This document shows positions 26,457 through 32,000 of a stretch of 32,000 nt of DNA, piece after piece; position 1 is the stretch's first letter; the number at the start of each line of letters is the position of its first letter. Source of the DNA: Opitutales bacterium (GTDB taxonomy: Bacteria > Verrucomicrobiota > Verrucomicrobiia > Opitutales > UBA9783). Where the stretch lies: assembly GCA_024407725.1 (NCBI GenBank), contig JAKSVZ010000002.1:51346-83345 (forward strand), in the 5' to 3' direction. The notes beneath the pieces were generated by a model. It saw only the letters and a list, made by a program, of their open reading frames with translations. It was not told the origin of the DNA and ran no database searches. A program made the position numbers and the translations under genes.

Positions 26457-27878
26457 TTAATTTTGTTGGCGTACATACCGATCAACTTTGTCGGCAGTGA
26501 TGACCCCATAATTAATGGTTCCTAGCCATCCCGACATAATGATTCCTACCGATCCAGCATGATACAACCCATGAACATAATCGGAAAGATTCATGGATAT
26601 TTTGAGTCCCTCAAATTTGGTTCCAAACGAAGCCCCTTCTAGGTGTTGGGTATAACGGTTAAAGGTGCGCGGGGTAGCGCATTCAATCCAGCCGATTTTT
26701 TGCTCCACATGAGGAATGAATGCCGATAAAGCTTCCAGAGTGTCTTGCTTTAAACGTTCTTTTTCACTTTGGTATTCCGCTGGTGTGAGCGATGCCCAAT
26801 CCTGCCATAGGGCATTAGACGAGGCTACAATGGTGTAACGCGGTGTGGTCGAATCAGGACGAGTCCCTGGATAATAAACCGAAAATGTACGACTTTGGGT
26901 GTGTTTTGCCTTAAGTTCCGCACTAGAAAATAGGGGCGCGCTGGAGGTGAAGATTAAATCCCCAATGTTCGGAATGCTTTCCGATTCTTTAATACCTATA
27001 TATACTTGGCATGAACTGTTATTGAGGCGTACCTTTTCTGTTTCTTTCCGGAAATCATCCGGCAATATATCAGGGTTGATCAACTGCAATACCGTGGTCT
27101 TTAGATTGGCGTTCGATAAAACCGCCTTGCATTCAATGGTTTGATCATTTACCTGAACCCCCGCAACGGTTGGAACACCCTGCTTGTCTTGAGTATAAAT
27201 CGCCTGAACGGTCGCATGGGGCATTAAGGTAACCCCATTGGCGCGCAATTCGTCAGTCATCATTTGAATCAAGCGATCGGTTCCTCCTTTAAAGGTATAT
27301 ACTCCTTGGCTCATGAAATTGGAAAACACAATCCCATAGGTAATAGCCGGATCATCGAGCGTGGAACCATTGGCGTACGTAATCGGTTCCATCAGTAATC
27401 GATGAACATCTGGACGGTTAGGAAAGAAGGTTTCAAACAGTTCGCCGGTAGTACGGGTGTCTGCATCGTAAAAATTCATGGCCCGTAGATGGTTGAAGAA
27501 CCGCTCAACTGTTTCTGCTGGAATGTGAAAGGTGTGAATCAATTGATGGGTAAAGTCGACACGATCAAAAGGCGTTTCAATTTGAAACTGAGGATTAACA
27601 AACCGAATGCGTTTCAGAGGAACAATGGCATCGGCAATGGCGGAATTCCAATAACGCCGACACGATTTAATCATTCCTACTGGAAATCCATGCAACGATA
27701 CATCAAAGGTATATCCACCGGGGCGTTTAAAGTAAGCTGCTAATCCTCCTAATTGGGTGTGTTGCTCCAACAATAAAACAGAATGACCACATTTTGCTAG
27801 CCGATTGGCTGCCGTTAACCCTGCTAGGCCGCTACCAATCACGCAAATATCATATTGTTTAGAAAAGCTTGACATCAT
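26457..27878 (-). CDS. FAD-dependent oxidoreductase, phytoene-desaturase/amine-oxidase (CrtI-like) superfamily
   Basis: 473 aa. N-terminal Rossmann dinucleotide motif DICVIGSGLAGLTAANRLAKCGHSVLLLEQHTQLGG and a C-terminal FAD-contact block GLYHAGS. No other carotenoid genes are nearby, so the substrate is unknown. Confidence 0.7.
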   Translation of the reverse strand: MMSSFSKQYDICVIGSGLAGLTAANRLAKCGHSVLLLEQHTQLGGLAAYFKRPGGYTFDVSLHGFPVGMIKSCRRYWNSAIADAIVPLKRIRFVNPQFQIETPFDRVDFTHQLIHTFHIPAETVERFFNHLRAMNFYDADTRTTGELFETFFPNRPDVHRLLMEPITYANGSTLDDPAITYGIVFSNFMSQGVYTFKGGTDRLIQMMTDELRANGVTLMPHATVQAIYTQDKQGVPTVAGVQVNDQTIECKAVLSNANLKTTVLQLINPDILPDDFRKETEKVRLNNSSCQVYIGIKESESIPNIGDLIFTSSAPLFSSAELKAKHTQSRTFSVYYPGTRPDSTTPRYTIVASSNALWQDWASLTPAEYQSEKERLKQDTLEALSAFIPHVEQKIGWIECATPRTFNRYTQHLEGASFGTKFEGLKISMNLSDYVHGLYHAGSVGIIMSGWLGTINYGVITADKVDRYVRQQN

Positions 27879-28049
27879 TTAAGGTACTATCTTATAGATA
27901 AACCATAAAAATAAAATACTTTTCTCTAGAAGTTTATTAAAAACAAAAAATCAACGAAAGCTTGACATCACGTATTTTTGTCTTTAAATAATTTTAAATA
28001 TAGTATTTAGTAAAAAATCTAAGAATTCAATAATTGAGGAAAAACGAAG
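27879..28049 (+). promoter_or_regulatory. Very AT-rich 171-bp intergenic region holding the promoter and RBS of the secreted-protein gene
   Basis: TTGACA at 27962-27967 followed after 17 bp by TAAATA (a weak -10). TATAGT at 27999-28004. A clear Shine-Dalgarno GAGGA at 28036-28040 lies 9 nt before the ATG at 28050. Exact promoter hexamers are uncertain. Confidence 0.4.
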
Positions 28050-29231
28050 ATGACTAAAATGACAGAAAAACCTTACTTGAAAAAGGCTCTCATGATGGGG
28101 ATCGTGCTTACAAGCGGTATTGCCTGCGCGAACGAAGTTGACATCCGCTTGGGTGGATTGGTTCGCGAAGAAGCATTGCGGAATGCAAGCACCAACTCAA
28201 AAATCCGTGCAGAATTGGATAACACCAAATATGCTACCAGCGACAAATCATTAGATTTGTTTGGTCGTTCGGATGTATCTAAAGCTAATGAATTGCTTTT
28301 TATCAGCGATTTGGGCTCCAAGAAAATTGAAGTTTACCAAGGTCGTTGCATTGACGCCGCTCAATGGACGTTTGCTAACGAAGAAAAATGGTCCACAGAA
28401 GGCAATGCTTATGAAAACCTGTGCAAACATGTCCGTAAATTCTTCGGCGAAAACGAAGAGTGGCATATTCGTACCTATGCAGCCCTATGCAGCCGTGATT
28501 TCTTGAAGAACTTCTTCTTCCAAGATTTATTAACCGACGGTAGCACCTTTAATGTTAAAATAATTGTAGATATCGCCAAAGGTTATCAATACGCTTGGGG
28601 TGGTTGCGCTGAAATCTTCGTTCAAGTTAACGAAGTATTGCCAAACGGTAAATTAGGATACGGAGTTGATTTCTCAGTAACCATTAAAAAGACCGATCGT
28701 AAGACTGAAAAGACCAACTGTGTTGATGTTATGCAAATCACAGTATGGCGTTCTCGTAACGAAAAGAACCAAGTGGATACAATCCTAAAAGATGGTGTTG
28801 TCGTTTACGAACGTAAGTCTTTAGCTGAAGAACAATTGGCTGCAGAAGCTGCTATGAAAGAACGTCAATTGGCTATCGAAAAAGCTAAGAATGAGAAGTT
28901 ATTAAAAGCCAAACGTGATGCTAAGAACGTTAAGAACGCAAAGCGCGTTAACGGAAAAGCCAACAATGGTAAAGCAGTAAAAGGTCACAGCCATCGTTCC
29001 AACTTGTTAGATCGCTGGAATGGCAACAAGACCTCGGCTCAACCCGCTAAGGTAGCTGAAGCTCCTGTCGCTGAACAAACGGTTGCAGAACCTGTAAAAG
29101 TAGCTGAAAAGCCAGTAGTTGTTGAACAACAGAAATCTTCGCCTTTATTCCACAACTCACGTCGTCATGGTAGCATTGCGCGCCCAACACAAGGACACCG
29201 TGGAATCTTCAATAAGGTGACCAATAAATAA
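28050..29231 (+). CDS. Secreted hypothetical protein: Cys-containing globular domain, then a Lys/Ala-rich helical segment and VAE-repeat tail
   Basis: 393 aa. Signal peptide with an A-x-A site (GIACA/NE, after aa 27) and five Cys in the mature part. aa 257-312 are Lys/Ala-rich (EKAKNEKLLKAKRDAKNVKNAKRVNGKANNGKAVKG). aa 333-360 carry repeated (K)VAE(x)P units. I recognise no family. It has its own SD and a strong terminator. Confidence 0.7.
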   Translation: MTKMTEKPYLKKALMMGIVLTSGIACANEVDIRLGGLVREEALRNASTNSKIRAELDNTKYATSDKSLDLFGRSDVSKANELLFISDLGSKKIEVYQGRCIDAAQWTFANEEKWSTEGNAYENLCKHVRKFFGENEEWHIRTYAALCSRDFLKNFFFQDLLTDGSTFNVKIIVDIAKGYQYAWGGCAEIFVQVNEVLPNGKLGYGVDFSVTIKKTDRKTEKTNCVDVMQITVWRSRNEKNQVDTILKDGVVVYERKSLAEEQLAAEAAMKERQLAIEKAKNEKLLKAKRDAKNVKNAKRVNGKANNGKAVKGHSHRSNLLDRWNGNKTSAQPAKVAEAPVAEQTVAEPVKVAEKPVVVEQQKSSPLFHNSRRHGSIARPTQGHRGIFNKVTNK

Positions 29232-29261
29232 GAAGAGTTGATTTATCAATAACTCAAGGAG

Positions 29262-29292
29262 GCAGAGCTCATAATGAGCTCTGCTTTTTTTT
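29262..29292 (+). terminator. Strong rho-independent terminator
   Basis: Perfect 9-bp GC-rich stem: gcagagctc (29262-29270) pairs with gagctctgc (29276-29284). A 5-nt loop (ataat) is followed by T8 (29285-29292). Confidence 0.9.
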
Positions 29293-29296
29293 ATTG

Positions 29297-29331
29297 CCAG
29301 TAATTTTCTCCCTTACTGGGTTATATTTTTT
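29297..29331 (+). terminator. Second, weaker stem-loop with a downstream T6 (possible back-up terminator)
   Basis: ccagtaa (29297-29303) pairs with ttactgg (29313-29319) around a 9-nt loop. T6 lies at 29326-29331, separated from the stem by 6 nt. Confidence 0.25.
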
Positions 29332-29350
29332 AGAAGCGTTTTTGTTCTTT

Positions 29351-30007
29351 TTAGACGCCTTTAGCAATAAAGCGATAAGGTTTATTGGCCCAGATAGATC
29401 CGGCATAGTTAATGCCGATGCGTGGGGTAGTTACAAAGGGTAATTTTTCGATAGCAGGCAACAGCCATAGGTCGGAATGAGGGGCGCAAGGTAATCCGTT
29501 AAAGGCCTGTGTGATAGAAAACGCTTTGGTTAACCTTCCAGGGCCAGAATGAGTTTTTAGCGACCGAATGAGGACGGCGGCAGGGTGTCCTTCCGCTTCG
29601 GTAACCACATTGAGCATGCAATGCATCCCATAACAGAGGTAGACATACCAAATGCCTCCTGCGGCATACATAGGGGCGTTGCGTTTGGTTTTACCAAAAC
29701 GAGCATGGGAAGCAAGGTCTTCTTGACCTAAATAAGCCTCTGTTTCAACAATCGTATCCATGAGTACTCCCTGTTGAGTACGCCTGCATAAACGGGCTCC
29801 AATGAGCTGTTGCGCGACCCAAAGGGTTGGGTGATTAAAAAAATCTGAATCCAAGGCTTCCAATAAAATTTTTATGTTCGAACAGAGGGAAAAAAGCAAG
29901 TTAGAAGTGCTTCGGCCTTGGTGTTGATAAGTTGTTAATAAGTTTTTCTTGTCAATAGTCTGCAAAAAACAAAAGCTAAAAACAGAATTGTTAAACTTAG
30001 AGGACAA
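29351..30007 (-). CDS. mpg: DNA-3-methyladenine glycosylase (Mpg/AAG family). Coordinates give the maximal ORF; the start codon is uncertain.
   Basis: Blocks IVETEAYLGQEDLASHARFGKTKRNAPMY, GIWYVYLCYGMHCMLNVV and PAAVLIRS match the Mpg/AAG family (ETEAY..D.A.H...G.T.RN..MF; YVY..YGmH...NvV). Homology begins at about FFNHPTLWVAQQLIG. The first 45-48 codons of the ATG-30007 ORF look like translated AT-rich spacer, so a TTG start near 29863 is plausible. Confidence 0.8.
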   Translation of the reverse strand: MSSKFNNSVFSFCFLQTIDKKNLLTTYQHQGRSTSNLLFSLCSNIKILLEALDSDFFNHPTLWVAQQLIGARLCRRTQQGVLMDTIVETEAYLGQEDLASHARFGKTKRNAPMYAAGGIWYVYLCYGMHCMLNVVTEAEGHPAAVLIRSLKTHSGPGRLTKAFSITQAFNGLPCAPHSDLWLLPAIEKLPFVTTPRIGINYAGSIWANKPYRFIAKGV

Positions 30008-30134
30008 GGATTGTCTTATGGTTTGCGATTATGCCATAGGAGCCGTTTTTGCAGTCGCTTGTGAGCCAAGAATGTTGATTGGATTGGACTTGCAAACGAT
30101 TAAGATACAGGGAAGTGTAGAACCGAAGGGTATT

Positions 30135-31478
30135 GTGAGTAATTTTTTAGACGAGTTAAAACAGACGCTGCAAAAACGCTTTTCGGGGGATACCTATAAA
30201 ATCTGGTTTCAACCCTTGCAATGTGCGGAGTATACAGCGGATCGTTTGGTGTTGGTAACGGATACGACCTTTGCGTCGGATTGGTTGGATAAGAATTATC
30301 GCGATGTCATCGAGCAAAGCGTTATGCAGCTAGCAGGACACCCAGTGACGGTTGTTTTTAAGTCGGGAGAGGTAGAGGAAGAGGACAAAGCGCATAACGC
30401 GCATAATAACCAGCGTGTGGTTACTACCCAAAAGCAGGATCCTAATCATTGTGGGCTTTTGGAGCATCATACTTTTGAAAATTTTATTGTTGGAGCTGCC
30501 AATCAATTAGCTTATGCAGCGGCGGTAGCATCAGCCAGTTCGCCGGGTAGAGCTTATAATCCATTGTTTATCCACGGCAATACGGGTTTGGGTAAAACCC
30601 ATCTGATGCAAGCTATTGGCAACCATATTTTGCAGCATCAACCCAATGCGCGCATTAGTTACGTAACCACCGAGCGTTTTACGAATGATTTTATTGATGC
30701 GATTCAAAAGAACAAACTGCCGTTATTTCGTCGCAAATACCGTAGTATGGATGTGCTGCTGATCGATGATATTCATTTTTTATCAGGCAAGGAGCGTATT
30801 CAAGAGGAGTTTTTCCATACGTTCAATGAACTGTTTGATTCTAGGCGGCAAATTGTTCTGTGTAGCGATCGACCGGCCTCGGAAATTTCAAACCTTGAAG
30901 GGCGTTTGGTTTCGCGTTTTCAATGGGGGTTGGTGTGCGATGTAAAAGCACCAGATTTTGAAACACGGGTAGCTATTTTATTGCATAAAGTTAAACAGAT
31001 GGGGTTAACGTTATCGCGTGATATTGTGGAACATTTGGCGCAGCGGGTCGTAAGCAATGTGCGGCGAATGGAGGGCGCATTAAACCGTATTGCCAGTTAC
31101 CAGCAGTTGCTTCATCAAGCATCCTTATCGTTGGAAAAAGTAGATGAAATGCTGGAAGATATCTTTCAGGAAGAATTAGCAACTCGCGTAACCATTGAGG
31201 ATATTCAAAAGGCAATTTGCGATTTTTATCATTTATCCCTACCGGATTTGCTTAACAAGCGACGGTTAGCAAAGATTGCATTTCCGCGGCAAATCGCTAT
31301 GTATTTATGTCGTGTACTGACAAGCGATTCTTTGGCAGAAATAGGAAACGCTTTTGGTGGACGGGATCATGGAACCGTGATTCATGCTTGTAAGGCAGTT
31401 GAAGGAGCCATACAGCGGGAACGTATGACAAAACAAACCGTGCAGTTTTTGCAGCAAAAATTAATGAGTAAATCATGA
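30135..31478 (+). CDS. dnaA: Chromosomal replication initiator protein DnaA. I prefer the GTG start at 30135; the maximal ORF starts at 29949 and an alternative ATG lies at 30072.
   Basis: Walker A GNTGLGKTHL, Walker B LLIDDIHF, sensor/arginine-finger region, and the C-terminal DNA-binding domain (FPRQIAMYLCR, FGGRDHGTVIHA). From GTG 30135, domain I aligns with E. coli DnaA (W24 here versus W25, in IWFQPLQ versus MWIRPLQ). An AAGGG SD-like element lies 4 nt upstream. Confidence 0.9.
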   Translation: MSNFLDELKQTLQKRFSGDTYKIWFQPLQCAEYTADRLVLVTDTTFASDWLDKNYRDVIEQSVMQLAGHPVTVVFKSGEVEEEDKAHNAHNNQRVVTTQKQDPNHCGLLEHHTFENFIVGAANQLAYAAAVASASSPGRAYNPLFIHGNTGLGKTHLMQAIGNHILQHQPNARISYVTTERFTNDFIDAIQKNKLPLFRRKYRSMDVLLIDDIHFLSGKERIQEEFFHTFNELFDSRRQIVLCSDRPASEISNLEGRLVSRFQWGLVCDVKAPDFETRVAILLHKVKQMGLTLSRDIVEHLAQRVVSNVRRMEGALNRIASYQQLLHQASLSLEKVDEMLEDIFQEELATRVTIEDIQKAICDFYHLSLPDLLNKRRLAKIAFPRQIAMYLCRVLTSDSLAEIGNAFGGRDHGTVIHACKAVEGAIQRERMTKQTVQFLQQKLMSKS

Positions 31479-31942
31479 ATAATGCTTCGTTTTCTGATGA
31501 GCAAATAGCTCAAATGCGTCGCTGGATGAACGAATTGCATTCCATCGGTGAGTTGCAATCTAAAATTCAGGAAAACTTTTCCAAACACTTAACCTACCTA
31601 GAAACGCGCTTTTTGATGGATGATCTGCATTTGCAGTTCCCTCAACCTGCTGAATCCAAACCTAATAAGCAATCAGAAGCTCCTTTAGAGGGATCGTTGG
31701 TGGATACAGGTAAGGGCTCGGTAACCGTATCTTTGGATCCCGTTACACGTCCGGGAATGCTGGTCAATGGTTCGGTTACGTTTTCTGATGGACAGAAGGC
31801 AACTTGGGGGTTGGATCAATTGGGTCGTGTGTCTTTGCAGCCCGAAACCAGTGGTTATCGTCCAAGCGATAACGATAGGATTGAGTTTCAATCAGCTTTG
31901 CAAAAGCAATTGAGCGAAATGAGCGCACGGGGAGGTTTGTAG
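31475..31942 (+). CDS. Hypothetical 155-aa protein, translationally coupled to dnaA
   Basis: Its ATG overlaps the dnaA stop (ATGA, 31475-31478). Predicted helical N-terminal third (EQIAQMRRWMNELHSIGELQSKIQENF), a polar linker and a beta-rich C-terminal part. I recognise no family. It is not DnaN. Confidence 0.55.
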   Translation: MNNASFSDEQIAQMRRWMNELHSIGELQSKIQENFSKHLTYLETRFLMDDLHLQFPQPAESKPNKQSEAPLEGSLVDTGKGSVTVSLDPVTRPGMLVNGSVTFSDGQKATWGLDQLGRVSLQPETSGYRPSDNDRIEFQSALQKQLSEMSARGGL

Positions 31943-31944
31943 CC

Positions 31945-32000
31945 ATGTTCTCTCGCCGCAACATCCTGTATTTTCTTCTTTGTACGTTTTTGTTTTGGAT
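31945..32000 (+). CDS. 5' end of a further ORF (hydrophobic N-terminus), truncated by the right window edge
   Basis: The ATG at 31945 lies 2 nt after the previous stop and reads MFSRRNILYFLLCTFLFW, which looks like a signal peptide or TM helix. Only 18 codons are visible. Confidence 0.3.
   Translation, partial: MFSRRNILYFLLCTFLFW

Noticed and set aside
27865-27970. A 13-bp exact repeat aagcttgacatca at 27865-27877 (the start of the oxidoreductase gene) and 27958-27970 (the intergenic region, containing the TTGACA hexamer)
   Set aside because: Several chance 13-mers are expected in a 32 kb window, on the order of a few pairs from length squared over 4^13. The surrounding bases do not extend the match.
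29949-30134. A 62-codon N-terminal extension of dnaA in the maximal ORF (MSIVCKKQKLKTELL...)
   Set aside because: The extension has no similarity to DnaA domain I and would overlap the mpg maximal ORF. It reads like translated AT-rich spacer. The GTG at 30135 restores the canonical N-terminus, though the ATG at 30072 remains a possible alternative.
30567-30575. A DnaA-box-like TTATCCACG inside the dnaA coding region
   Set aside because: It is explained by the codons for the conserved FIHG of the AAA+ domain (TTT ATC CAC GGC). It is an isolated single site with one mismatch.
1-32000. A search for CRISPR arrays, tRNA/rRNA/tmRNA genes, IS elements, integrases, prophage or toxin-antitoxin pairs
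   Set aside because: I saw no spaced direct-repeat arrays and no tRNA T-arm (GGTTCGAAT-type) or rRNA-like conserved segments in the few intergenic regions. No transposase or recombinase motifs appear in any six-frame ORF. The intergenic spaces (3918-4108, 8156-8434, 27879-28049, 29232-29350) are AT-rich and accounted for by promoters, terminators and the repeat described above. A covariance-model scan (Infernal/tRNAscan-SE) would be the decisive check.

Overview
This is a chromosomal, mostly housekeeping window from a diderm (LPS-making) bacterium. It is moderately AT-rich by eye, and I cannot assign a taxon from the sequence alone. I call 31 protein-coding genes; one is cut by the left edge and one by the right edge. 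I found no rRNA, tRNA, CRISPR array, transposase or integrase. All product calls rest on motifs I recognise in the translations; no database search was run. Layout, left to right: plsX(partial)-rpmF-NhaC-like transporter-trmB on the minus strand. Next is an AT-rich islet with two divergent paralogous beta-barrel outer-membrane protein genes on the plus strand. Then mnmG-mnmE (minus), and a plus-strand cluster of a folE-folB fusion, rodA, RNase G and lpxA. A 14.8 kb co-directional minus-strand run follows: FAD oxidoreductase, LptF/G permease, exported HAD-like hydrolase, gpmA, an orphan soluble PAS histidine kinase, the complete MoxR-DUF58-DUF4381-BatA-BatB-BatC-BatD-BatE module, and murJ. The window ends with an isolated secreted orphan protein gene that has strong expression signals, a 3-methyladenine glycosylase gene (minus), dnaA, and a small unknown ORF translationally coupled to dnaA where dnaN is usually found. 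Five things deserve a second look. (1) A 100-bp near-perfect copy of the mnmG 3' end lies behind the first OMP paralog, marking a 956-bp tandem duplication whose parts have diverged very unequally. (2) A 14-bp tandem repeat re-iterates the OMP1 start codon out of frame. (3) FolE and FolB are fused. (4) The Bat module is tightly coupled to murJ and sits just downstream of a gpmA-kinase pair. (5) Two orphan units flank dnaA. I see no convincing evidence for a wholly new multi-gene system; the Bat module is a known but functionally unresolved one.
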